64,000 nucleotides of DNA from Candidatus Pelagibacter sp. (GTDB lineage: Bacteria > Pseudomonadota > Alphaproteobacteria > Pelagibacterales > Pelagibacteraceae). Below, one piece after another: positions 42,202 to 51,433 of the stretch. The number at the start of each line of letters is the position of its first letter. Positions within the stretch are counted from its first letter, which is position 1. Below the pieces are notes generated by a model that saw nothing but the letters and a program-made list of their open reading frames with translations, was not told the DNA's origin and made no database searches. Both the position numbers and the translations under genes were made by a program. The stretch lies in NCBI RefSeq assembly GCF_052046145.1, contig NZ_JBNGZR010000001.1:1031199-1095198 (forward strand). Reading direction: 5' to 3'.

Positions 42202-42701
42202 CTAATATCTTTTAATACAATTTCCTTAGCCTCATTAACTATTGCAGAAAGTCTTGATGTTTCGGGAGATATATCTGGGTGTATTTTTTTTTGAATTTTT
42301 TGATAAGCTTTATTAACTATTTCTTTGGTTGGTTTTTTATTAATATCTAAATTTAAAATCTTATATGCCTCAGATATCGATAATGATGAAGAATTATTAT
42401 TTTGATATTGATTGAAAGAAAATCTTCCAGAATTTCTCAACGTTTGAATAAGTCTATAAAGAGAAAGCAATTGTATCAATGATAAACCTTTAAGTTTAAC
42501 TAAAGCAAGACTTGCAAGAGTTAATGGTAATGTGAGTAGAAATTTTCCACCAATAGCAAATAAAATCGCTAATAAAGCCAACAATAAAATTGTTATCAGC
42601 CTCACTCCTTTTGACATTTTTTTTGGAGAAATATTTGACCACCATCTTAATAAAAAATATAAGATGACTAAAATTACAAGTAGATAAATAATAATATTCA
42701 T
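42198..42701 (-). CDS. Membrane protein with C-terminal J domain (start re-set to MNIIIYLL)
   Basis: N-terminal TM helices; EAYKILNL...AYQKIQKKIHPD J-domain motif. Confidence 0.82.
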   Translation of the reverse strand: MNIIIYLLVILVILYFLLRWWSNISPKKMSKGVRLITILLLALLAILFAIGGKFLLTLPLTLASLALVKLKGLSLIQLLSLYRLIQTLRNSGRFSFNQYQNNNSSSLSISEAYKILNLDINKKPTKEIVNKAYQKIQKKIHPDISPETSRLSAIVNEAKEIVLKDIS

Positions 42702-42716
42702 ATATTTCCTTATTAA

Positions 42717-44792
42717 ATGAAAGTACCACAACTTAAAAAAAAACTAGAGATAAAAACTTGTCACAATATTGAGTGGGAAGACAATTACAGCTGGATTCAT
42801 CAACATAATATTTTAGAAGTTCTAAAAGATAAAAGCAAGTTAGATCCTGAAGTGAAAAAATATTTAGAAGATGAAAATGCTTACTCAGAGCATCATTTAA
42901 AAGATACAAAAGATATCCAAAAAAAATTATTTGATGAAATTAAAGCAAGAATTAAATTAGATGATGAATCTTTGCCCTATAAAGATCACACTTATGAGTA
43001 TTGGACAAAAACTACAACAAAAGGAAATTATTCCATAAAACTTAGAAAAAAAATTGGTTCAGAAAATATTGAGGAAATATGGAATGGAGATAAAGAAAAA
43101 GAAAAACTTAAAACTGAATATTTTGGGGTTGGAGATTTAGAAGTAAGTAACAATGATAAATATCTAGGATACTCTTTAGATCTTAAAGGTTCTGAGTATT
43201 ACACAATTTATTTAAGAGATATAAAAACCAACAAAATTATTTCAAAAGAAATTGCAGAAACATCAGGGGGAATAACATTTAGTTTGGATGATAAATATAT
43301 TTTTTATTCTAAACTTGATGAAAATCATAGAGCAAGAACAATATACAGGCACAGAATAGGTGATTTTGAGGGCAAAGATGAATTAATATTTGAGGAGAAA
43401 AGTGAGGCTTTTACAGTGGGAATTGGAAAAAGCTCAGATGAAAAATATTATTTCATAAATACTTCTGACCATAATACTTCAGAGCAATATTACTTTAAAT
43501 CAGATGAATTAAATCCATCTCCAAAACTTATTATTAAAAGAGAAAGAGGTGTTCTGTATTCTGTTAATTCATGGAATGGTAAATTTTATAATCATACAAA
43601 TAAAAATGCTGAAGACTTTAAAATTGATATTTGTGACAATTTAGAAAATCAAAATTGGCAAACATATATTCCAGCAAAAGACGAAGTTTTAATTGGTGGA
43701 TTAACATTCCTTAAAAATTGGATTATTCGTGGTGAAACATCAGATGCATTAGATAAATTATTTGTCAAAAATATTTCTACAAATGTAGAAGAGGAATTAA
43801 TTTTTTCTGATGAAACTGTTTATGTTCCAGGAGTAAGCTTAACTCAAAAAGATAGAAATACTGATGAAGTTCATTTGGGATATTCATCACCTAAAACTCC
43901 TTCTAGAGTATTTAAGTATAATTTAGCAACAAAATCTAAAGAACTTGTTAAAGAACAAGAGATCCCATCTGGTCATAATAAAGATGACTATATTGTTGAG
44001 AGGGTTGAGTTTAAATCTCATGACGGAAGAATGGTTCCATTAACAATTACTAGACACAAAAAAACAAAAATTGATGGGTCTGCAAACGTTTTATTGTATG
44101 GATATGGGTCTTATGGAAATTCTATGTCCCCAAGTTTTTCTTCTACAAGACTAAGTCTTATAAATAGAGATATAATTTGGGCCACAGCTCATATCAGAGG
44201 TGGTATGGAAAAAGGTATGAAATGGTGGAAAGAGGGAAAATTAACAAACAAAAAAAACACTTTTGAAGATTATATTTACGCAGCAAAATATTTGATCGAA
44301 AAGAATTATACGTCAAAAGGAAATATTATTGGAATGGGTGGATCAGCTGGAGGATTATTAATGGGAGCTGTTGTCAATCAATCTCCTGAATTATTTTTAG
44401 GAATTATTATGGCTGTTCCTTTTGTAGATTCTTTAACAACAAATCTAGATCATTCTTTACCTTTAACTGTTGGAGAATTTGACGAATTTGGAAATGCAAA
44501 AGAGAATAAAGAACACTTTGATTATATTTTTTCATATGCACCCTACAACAATATTAAAAAAATGGATTATCCACATATTTTTATTACAACAAGTTTAAGT
44601 GATAATAGAGTTTTATTTGATGAACCTGCAAAGTTCACAGCAAAACTTAGAGACTATAAAACAGATAATAATTTGCTTCTCTTGAAAACCGAAATGAATG
44701 CTGGTCATGGTGGAAAATCAGGAAGAGATGGCGCAATAGAAGAAATTGCTATTGACTATGCATTTGCATTAAAAATTTCAAAAAAAATTTAG
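42717..44792 (+). CDS. ptrB: Oligopeptidase B (peptidase S9A)
   Basis: EDNYSW, YGYGSYG, HIRGG, GGSAGG (Ser), DNRV (Asp), GHGG (His). Confidence 0.93.
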   Translation: MKVPQLKKKLEIKTCHNIEWEDNYSWIHQHNILEVLKDKSKLDPEVKKYLEDENAYSEHHLKDTKDIQKKLFDEIKARIKLDDESLPYKDHTYEYWTKTTTKGNYSIKLRKKIGSENIEEIWNGDKEKEKLKTEYFGVGDLEVSNNDKYLGYSLDLKGSEYYTIYLRDIKTNKIISKEIAETSGGITFSLDDKYIFYSKLDENHRARTIYRHRIGDFEGKDELIFEEKSEAFTVGIGKSSDEKYYFINTSDHNTSEQYYFKSDELNPSPKLIIKRERGVLYSVNSWNGKFYNHTNKNAEDFKIDICDNLENQNWQTYIPAKDEVLIGGLTFLKNWIIRGETSDALDKLFVKNISTNVEEELIFSDETVYVPGVSLTQKDRNTDEVHLGYSSPKTPSRVFKYNLATKSKELVKEQEIPSGHNKDDYIVERVEFKSHDGRMVPLTITRHKKTKIDGSANVLLYGYGSYGNSMSPSFSSTRLSLINRDIIWATAHIRGGMEKGMKWWKEGKLTNKKNTFEDYIYAAKYLIEKNYTSKGNIIGMGGSAGGLLMGAVVNQSPELFLGIIMAVPFVDSLTTNLDHSLPLTVGEFDEFGNAKENKEHFDYIFSYAPYNNIKKMDYPHIFITTSLSDNRVLFDEPAKFTAKLRDYKTDNNLLLLKTEMNAGHGGKSGRDGAIEEIAIDYAFALKISKKI

Positions 44793-44804
44793 TACACTTT
44801 AAAT

Positions 44805-44832
44805 CTTGAAAAAAACAAATTAATTCCCATAT
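44805..44832 (+). promoter_or_regulatory. RpoH (sigma32) promoter of ibpA
   Basis: CTTGAA (44805-44810), 15 nt, CCCATAT (44826-44832). Confidence 0.75.
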
Positions 44833-44839
44833 AAACTTA

Positions 44840-44889
44840 GTAAGTCGCCTAATGGGGCTTACATAAATAAACTTGCTTAACAAAGGAGG
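44840..44889 (+). promoter_or_regulatory. ROSE-like RNA thermometer in the ibpA 5' UTR
   Basis: Hairpin 1 GUAAGUC(G)CC-UAAU-GGGGCUUAC; hairpin 2 CUU(G)CUU-AACA-AAGGAG pairs the UUGCU motif with the Shine-Dalgarno, leaving a bulged G. Confidence 0.65.
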
Positions 44890-44894
44890 ATATT

Positions 44895-45341
44895 ATGACA
44901 AGTAAGGATCTATCTATATTTAACTCACTTAGACCTTTTTCAATTGGTTTTGATGATATGTTCGACCAATTCGAAAATATGTTGGGAAATGGGAATTTGA
45001 CGATGCAGTCAAATTATCCACCATACAACATACGAAAGACAGGCAAAGACAACTATGCAATTGAGGTAGCATTAGCTGGCTTTAGCAAAAAAGACGTAGA
45101 GGTTGAGTTCGAAGACAATTTATTAACAGTAAGAACAAAACAAGTTAATAAGTCTGAGGACAATGATGTTAATGGAGAAATTATTCATAAAGGTATTTCT
45201 CAAAGACAATTTGCAAGATCATTCACTATTGCTGATGATGTAAAAGTTAATGGTGCTGAACTTAAAGATGGTCTTTTAACAATATCTTGTGAAAGAATAA
45301 TTCCAGAACATAAAAAAAAGAAGCTTATTGAAATTAAATAA
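44895..45341 (+). CDS. ibpA: Small heat-shock protein (Hsp20)
   Basis: FSIGFD, NYPPYNI, EVALAGF, HKGISQRQFARSF, LKDGLL. Confidence 0.95.
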   Translation: MTSKDLSIFNSLRPFSIGFDDMFDQFENMLGNGNLTMQSNYPPYNIRKTGKDNYAIEVALAGFSKKDVEVEFEDNLLTVRTKQVNKSEDNDVNGEIIHKGISQRQFARSFTIADDVKVNGAELKDGLLTISCERIIPEHKKKKLIEIK

Positions 45342-45354
45342 GTCTTAAACCTTG

Positions 45355-45378
45355 CTTGTGGGGATTTCTCCCCACAAG
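45355..45378. terminator. Hairpin between convergent ibpA and permease
   Basis: CTTGTGGGGA-TTTC-TCCCCACAAG, perfect 10-bp stem. Confidence 0.75.
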
Positions 45379-45388
45379 TTTAAATTAA

Positions 45389-46711
45389 TTATTTCTTTGC
45401 CATTATAGCATTTAAAACAAATGCTAGTAACCCAGCAGGTATAAGTCCAGTTGTTAACAGTAGTTTTAAACTTATTCCAAAATCTGGAATATTTTTCACA
45501 AAGTCTGGTAACAATGACATTCCAATTCCAAAAGACAAAGAAAGAGCTAAGATTAATAAATTTCTTTGATCCATTTCTGCCCTTGAAATCAATTTAATGC
45601 CAGCAGCTACAATCATACCAAACATAATAATTGCTGCACCACCTATCACAGATTCTGGCATCGCTGCAATTATTCCACCTAATTTTGGAAATAATCCCAT
45701 AAGAACCAAAACTATTCCAGCTATAGTTCCAACATGTCTACTTACAACTCCTGTAAACGCAACTAGTCCAGCATTTTGCGAATAAGATGTATTTGGCATC
45801 GCATTAAATATTGCACCAAATGCAGTACCAACACCATCTGCCATAATTCCACCTGATATTTCTTTATCCGTTGCCTCTCGTTTAGCACCACCCATTGTCG
45901 TAGCACTTATGTCTCCAATTGTTTCAATTGTTGTAACAACTGACATAAACAACATTAAAATTATTGCACCAGGTACAAAATCAATTCCATATTGAAGTGG
46001 CATTGGAAATGCAAACCATGATGCGGAAGCAATTTTTCCGTAGTTAACCATTCCTAGTGCAGCTGCAACTATGAAGCCAGCTACTATTCCAATTAAAATT
46101 GATCCTGCAGAAGCCATCCCTTTTCCTCTAAGATTAAAAAAGATAGCAACTATAAACACTGTGAAAGCAACAGTTAAATGATTTGCATTTGCAAAGATTT
46201 CAGGTTTATTATTCATTAACCATCCACCTCCACCAGCATACATAAAACCAACTTTAAGCAAACTAAATCCAATCATTAGTACAACTATTCCTGTGACCAA
46301 TGGTGGGAATAGATGTCTTATTGGTTTTAAAACTTTTCCAATAAAAATTTGAAAAATTCCTCCAATGAACGCTGCTGTAAATACAGCACCTAATCCTGCT
46401 GCTTTAAATGGTAGCATAATTGGTATAAACGCAAAACTTGTTCCTTGAACAATAGGAAGTCTTGCACCAATTTCTTTGTATCCAACTGTTTGGATAATTG
46501 TTGCAACTCCTGCAACAAACAAAGCCATTTGAATCAAAAATATTTTTTGTTCAGGCGTTTGACCAAAAACTCCAGCCACAATAATAGGAACCGTTATATT
46601 ACCAGCAAACATTGCTAGTACGTGCTGAATTCCTAAAGGTATGGATTTATTTAATGGAAGTTTTTTATCCGGACTGTTTGTAGAGCCCGCTTTTGTTTTT
46701 TTTGAAGCCAT
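45389..46711 (-). CDS. NCS2/NAT family nucleobase permease (xanthine/urate)
   Basis: QHVLAMF, QGTSFAF, ETIGD, SYSQNAGLVAFTGV NAT signature. Confidence 0.9.
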   Translation of the reverse strand: MASKKTKAGSTNSPDKKLPLNKSIPLGIQHVLAMFAGNITVPIIVAGVFGQTPEQKIFLIQMALFVAGVATIIQTVGYKEIGARLPIVQGTSFAFIPIMLPFKAAGLGAVFTAAFIGGIFQIFIGKVLKPIRHLFPPLVTGIVVLMIGFSLLKVGFMYAGGGGWLMNNKPEIFANANHLTVAFTVFIVAIFFNLRGKGMASAGSILIGIVAGFIVAAALGMVNYGKIASASWFAFPMPLQYGIDFVPGAIILMLFMSVVTTIETIGDISATTMGGAKREATDKEISGGIMADGVGTAFGAIFNAMPNTSYSQNAGLVAFTGVVSRHVGTIAGIVLVLMGLFPKLGGIIAAMPESVIGGAAIIMFGMIVAAGIKLISRAEMDQRNLLILALSLSFGIGMSLLPDFVKNIPDFGISLKLLLTTGLIPAGLLAFVLNAIMAKK

Positions 46712-46849
46712 ATAACCTCCGTCGTTAACTAAATAGACGTTACATTATTGGCTATGAATTAATATAAAAAAACTGATTAGTTTAGAACAACTCCACCTTA
46801 GATAGTGAAAAAAACCTATAATGAGCAGATTTATTTTAATTTATAAAAT

Positions 46850-47155
46850 TTAAAAGCAACCGTTTGAAACAAAACCCACAACTATATTCTCTGAATTTAT
46901 TTCAAACCTACGTTCGCATGGAACAAGGTATTTTTTACTATTATAAACAAACTCAAAATTGCCTTTAGCATTTTTAAAATCTTCGTCTGGTTTTCCAAGC
47001 TCCATCTGAAGTTCACTAGCTGATTTTCCAAGAAATTTACTTAATTTTTCATTTTCCTTTTCAACAATAGCATCTGTTTTATCTTTAACAGTTTGACACC
47101 CTGAAAAAAAAATTAATATAATTACAAGACTTATTAATGATTTAAATTTTGACAT
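46850..47155 (-). CDS. Hypothetical lipoprotein
   Basis: Lipobox FSGC; LGKPD; two further Cys. Confidence 0.72.
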   Translation of the reverse strand: MSKFKSLISLVIILIFFSGCQTVKDKTDAIVEKENEKLSKFLGKSASELQMELGKPDEDFKNAKGNFEFVYNSKKYLVPCERRFEINSENIVVGFVSNGCF

Positions 47156-47281
47156 AAGTTTAAATTAACATCTTTTGTTTCACAAATTATTAACTTTAAA
47201 GTTGTATAAATAATTTATTTCTTATTACTTTTAAGTTTAATTATAGTAACAATTGTGTTCTTTATTTGATGGTCCAAGCAT

Positions 47282-47872
47282 ATGAATGAAAAAGCCCTAG
47301 AAAAGATACTAAATATATTTTTAAAAGAAGTTTTACCCTTAACTGAACAAGGTGTTGCCAAAGGTAGTAAAATATTTGGTGCCGCAATAATTAAAAAAGA
47401 TGATTTATCTCTTGTAGTTTCAGAAACAAACAATGAAATAGAAAATCCATTGTGGCATGGTGAGATGCATACTCTTAAAAAATTTTATGAATTAGATGCA
47501 AATAAAAGACCAAAAGAAAAAGACTGCATGTTCTTAAGTTCTCATGAGCCTTGCAGTATGTGTTTGAGTGCAATCACATTTTCTGGATTTGATAATTTTT
47601 ATTATTTGTTTCCGTATACTGCCACAAATGATGAATTTAATATTCCACATGATTTAAATATACTCAAAGAAGTATTTAAAATTAATGATGGAGAATATAA
47701 TAAAGAAAATTCCTATTGGAAAAGTCAGAATATAAATTTACTTGTTGAAAATTTACCTTCTTCAAAAAAAGAAAACATTTTAAATCAATTAGACGAAATT
47801 AAAAAAAAATATAAAAAATTATCAAATCAATATCAGGAAAATAAGGATGGAAATTCTATACCATTAAATTAA
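47282..47872 (+). CDS. CDA-fold Zn-dependent nucleoside/nucleobase deaminase, substrate unknown
   Basis: IFGAAI, LWHGEMH, HEPCSMC (HxE...PCxxC). Confidence 0.85.
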   Translation: MNEKALEKILNIFLKEVLPLTEQGVAKGSKIFGAAIIKKDDLSLVVSETNNEIENPLWHGEMHTLKKFYELDANKRPKEKDCMFLSSHEPCSMCLSAITFSGFDNFYYLFPYTATNDEFNIPHDLNILKEVFKINDGEYNKENSYWKSQNINLLVENLPSSKKENILNQLDEIKKKYKKLSNQYQENKDGNSIPLN

Positions 47873-47875
47873 TTA

Positions 47876-49366
47876 ATGAATACAAACCTTAAAATTTCAA
47901 ATGTAACTAAAATATATCCTGGGTGTGTTGCAAACGACAATATTTCACTCGAATTTAATAGTGGTAAAATTTATGCTCTTCTCGGAGAAAATGGTGCTGG
48001 AAAATCTACACTAGTTAAAATTCTATCAGGCGTCATCATTCCTGACGAAGGTAAAATTTATTTAAATGAAAATAATCTAAAGCTTAATTCGCCATTAGAT
48101 GCAAAAAAAAATGATATCGGAATGGTATTCCAGCATTTTAATCTTTTTGAAACATTGTCCGTATTTGAAAACTTAATAATAGATTCAGATGAACAAAGGG
48201 AAAGTTTAAGAGAAAAAATTGATACAATTATGAAAAAATATAATTTTTCAATTGATCTTGATATTCCTATTCTAAATCTATCAGCAGGTCAAAAACAGAA
48301 AGTGGAAATAATAAGATGCCTAATAAGGAATCCAAAAGTTTTAATTATGGATGAACCAACATCTGTATTAACAGAACAAGAAACGAGTGAATTATTCTTA
48401 TCTTTGAAAAAATTTTCAGAAGAAGGAATTTTAATTATTTATATAACACATAAACTAAAGGAAGTTATGCAGCTTTGTGATGAAGTTGCTGTAATGAGAA
48501 GAGGAAAGTTAGTTTCTGTAAGTGAAATAAAGAACGAAAATATTGAGTCACTTGCTAACAAAATGGTGGGTCAGAACCTAAAAACAATTAAGAAAAAAAA
48601 AGCAAAAACTTCATCAGATCAATTAATTAAAATAACGAATCTTAATTTTACAAGTGAAGACCCCTTTGAAACAAATTTAACGGATATTAATTTTTCTGTT
48701 AATCGAGGGGAGTGTTTAGGAATTGCTGGTATATCAGGAAACGGACAAAGTGAATTATTTCAAGTATTAAGTGGTGAAATTATTTCGGAAAAGAACTCTA
48801 TAGAATTTAACAATAATTACATAGGAGATTTAAGCCCTCAAGAAAGAAGAGAATATTTGATGGCCTTTTCTCCAGAGGATAGGCTTGAGCAGGCTGCAAT
48901 TCCACAAATGAAAATTTTTGAAAATGTAGCTCTAAACAATTTTAAATCATCAAATTTTTTTAATAATGGATTAATAAACGAAAACAAAATTAAAGAACAT
49001 TCCAAAAAAATAATTTCAGATTTTAATGTTAATACGGACAACATTGAATTAAAAAGCCAATTTTTGTCCGGAGGTAATCTTCAAAAATTAATTATTGGAA
49101 GAGAATTAATAACATCTCCAGATTTATTAATTTGTTTTAATCCAACTTGGGGTCTAGATGTTGGAGCAATAAATTATATCCACGAAACATTGATTAAAAT
49201 CAATGAACAAAATAAATCAATTATATTAATATCTACAGACACTGATGAGTTATTAAAATTAAGTGATAAAATTTCAGTGATTCATAAAGGAAAGTTGTCA
49301 AAAATTATGAATTCTGAAGAAGTTACCTCTGAAAAACTTGGGATACTAATGGGAGGAGCAAATTGA
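47876..49366 (+). CDS. Nucleoside/purine ABC transporter, double ATPase
   Basis: GENGAGKST, LSAGQKQ, MDEPT; second domain LSGGNLQK and degenerate NPTWGLDVGA. Confidence 0.9.
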   Translation: MNTNLKISNVTKIYPGCVANDNISLEFNSGKIYALLGENGAGKSTLVKILSGVIIPDEGKIYLNENNLKLNSPLDAKKNDIGMVFQHFNLFETLSVFENLIIDSDEQRESLREKIDTIMKKYNFSIDLDIPILNLSAGQKQKVEIIRCLIRNPKVLIMDEPTSVLTEQETSELFLSLKKFSEEGILIIYITHKLKEVMQLCDEVAVMRRGKLVSVSEIKNENIESLANKMVGQNLKTIKKKKAKTSSDQLIKITNLNFTSEDPFETNLTDINFSVNRGECLGIAGISGNGQSELFQVLSGEIISEKNSIEFNNNYIGDLSPQERREYLMAFSPEDRLEQAAIPQMKIFENVALNNFKSSNFFNNGLINENKIKEHSKKIISDFNVNTDNIELKSQFLSGGNLQKLIIGRELITSPDLLICFNPTWGLDVGAINYIHETLIKINEQNKSIILISTDTDELLKLSDKISVIHKGKLSKIMNSEEVTSEKLGILMGGAN

Positions 49367-50427
49367 TTAAAATCGTAAAAAGAGACCAACCATCAAGAGC
49401 TATTTTTTTCTTTACACCTGTGTTGGCTATTTTTCTAACATTAGTAGCGGGAGGTTTGATTTTTTTTATTTTAGGTTTTAAACCATTTGAAGCTCTTAAA
49501 TTTTTTTTCATAGTTCCAATTGCAGATAAATATGGTTTCAGTGAATTACTATTAAAAGCTACACCTCTTTGTTTAATAGCAATCGGTTTATCTTTTTGTT
49601 TTAAAAGTAATAACTGGAATATTGGAGCCGAAGGACAATTAACTTTTGGGGCGATAGTTTCTGGAGGAGTTGCATTATTGTTTTATGAGCAAGAAGGATT
49701 TTACATTCTTCCAACAGTAATTTTAGCTGGTGCAATTGGTGGTATGCTTTATGCATCAATACCCGCAATATTAAAAACTTACTTTAATACAAATGAAATA
49801 TTAGTAAGTCTTATGTTGGTATATGTCTCAAAATTAATTTTAGACTATCTTGTTGTTGGCCCTTGGAGTAATCCAGAGGGGTTTAATTTTCCTGAAACTA
49901 GACAGTTCAGTGACTCTGCTAAACTTCCGTTATTATTTGAAGGACTGAGAATTCACGCGGGAATATTCTTAGCTTTAGCTGCGGTGGTTATCAGTTGGTT
50001 TGTTTTTTATAAAACGTATTTAGGGTTCCAAATGAAAGTTTCGGGTTTTAGTTTAAAGACAGCAAAATATGCCGGATACAAAGGTAAAAAAATGATCATC
50101 CTTGTTTTTCTAATAAGTGGTGCTTGCGCGGGTTTAGCTGGAGTTGGAGAAATAACTGGACCTATTGGACAGCTTCATAGAGAAATTTCTCCAGATTATG
50201 GTTTTACTGCTATAATTGTAGCGTTTTTGGGTCGTTTACATCCTGTCGGTATTATCTTTGCATCTCTAGTCGTTGCAATAACTTATCTGGGTGCTGAGAC
50301 AGCTCAAATATTTATGCAAATACCTAAATATACTGGTCAGGTTTTTCAAGGAATGATTTTATTTTTTCTTCTTGCATCAGATTATTTACTTTTTTTCAAA
50401 ATTAAATTTATAGGTTTAAAAAAATGA
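49363..50427 (+). CDS. Nucleoside/purine ABC transporter permease
   Basis: NIGAEGQ, NEILVSLM, YGFTAIIVAFLGRLHP. Confidence 0.9.
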   Translation: MIKIVKRDQPSRAIFFFTPVLAIFLTLVAGGLIFFILGFKPFEALKFFFIVPIADKYGFSELLLKATPLCLIAIGLSFCFKSNNWNIGAEGQLTFGAIVSGGVALLFYEQEGFYILPTVILAGAIGGMLYASIPAILKTYFNTNEILVSLMLVYVSKLILDYLVVGPWSNPEGFNFPETRQFSDSAKLPLLFEGLRIHAGIFLALAAVVISWFVFYKTYLGFQMKVSGFSLKTAKYAGYKGKKMIILVFLISGACAGLAGVGEITGPIGQLHREISPDYGFTAIIVAFLGRLHPVGIIFASLVVAITYLGAETAQIFMQIPKYTGQVFQGMILFFLLASDYLLFFKIKFIGLKK

Positions 50428-51356
50428 TCATCGATATAAATTTTATTGGACTGATAATTGCATCAATCATGGCCTCCGCTGTTCCATTAATCCTAGCGTC
50501 TTGTGGTGAACTGATTACAGAAAGGTCTGGAGTTTTAAACCTTGGTGTTGAAGGAATGATGATCATTGGTGCTATATCAGGCTTTGCACTAATGACAGTG
50601 ACAGGAAGTTTAATTATTGCAATTTTTGGTGCAATGTTAGCTGGAGTTTTAATTTCAACTATTTTTGCATTCCTGACGCAAACATTGATCACAAATCATG
50701 TTGCTACTGGTTTGGCGCTTACCATATTTGGAATTGGTATTTCTGCGATGATAGGAAAAAATTTTGTAGGTATTCCTGGAAAAGAGTTTCCTGTTTTATT
50801 TGAAGGTTTAAAAGATACAATACCACTTTTAGGTCCAATATTATTTGGACATTCAATTGTTTTTTATTTTGCTTTTGCCCTTCCCTTCATAACTAGCTAT
50901 TTTTTAAAAAAAACGAAAATTGGATTAATTGTAAGAGCTGTAGGAGACTCACCTGAGTCTGCATCTAATCAAGGAATAAATGTTAGGCTAGTTCGTTACG
51001 CTTGTATACTTTATGGAGGCGCAATGAGTGGACTTGCTGGTGCATATTTATCCATGATTTATACTCCTCAGTGGATTGAAAATATGACAGGTGGAAGAGG
51101 TTGGATCGCATTGGCTCTGGTGGTTTTCTCGACCTGGAACCCAATTAAAATTTTGATTGGTGCTATGATTTTTGGCGGGTTAACAATTATTCAATTTCAT
51201 ATGCAAGCAATTGGGGTAAGAATTCCTGTGCAATTTTTAACAGCTCTACCTTACATCGTTACAATAATAGTTTTAGTTGTAATTTCTCGTGATAGTAGAA
51301 AAATTAGGCTAAGTACTCCTAGTTCTCTGGGGAAATCTTTTCATAAAGACAATTAA
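50424..51356 (+). CDS. Nucleoside/purine ABC transporter permease
   Basis: ERSGVLNLGVEG, GRGWIALALV, LPYIVT. Confidence 0.9.
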   Translation: MIIDINFIGLIIASIMASAVPLILASCGELITERSGVLNLGVEGMMIIGAISGFALMTVTGSLIIAIFGAMLAGVLISTIFAFLTQTLITNHVATGLALTIFGIGISAMIGKNFVGIPGKEFPVLFEGLKDTIPLLGPILFGHSIVFYFAFALPFITSYFLKKTKIGLIVRAVGDSPESASNQGINVRLVRYACILYGGAMSGLAGAYLSMIYTPQWIENMTGGRGWIALALVVFSTWNPIKILIGAMIFGGLTIIQFHMQAIGVRIPVQFLTALPYIVTIIVLVVISRDSRKIRLSTPSSLGKSFHKDN

Positions 51357-51433
51357 TTCTAAAATAATTATTTTTTTTAAGATAATTTAATTTAAATTTA
51401 AATAATTAAAAAATCAAAAGGGGAAATAAATTT

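Noticed and set aside
46712-46849. Possible purine or xanthine riboswitch upstream of the NCS2 permease
   Set aside because: Only a 4-5 bp CGTC/GACG stem near the Shine-Dalgarno; no recognisable aptamer core. An Infernal/Rfam scan would settle it
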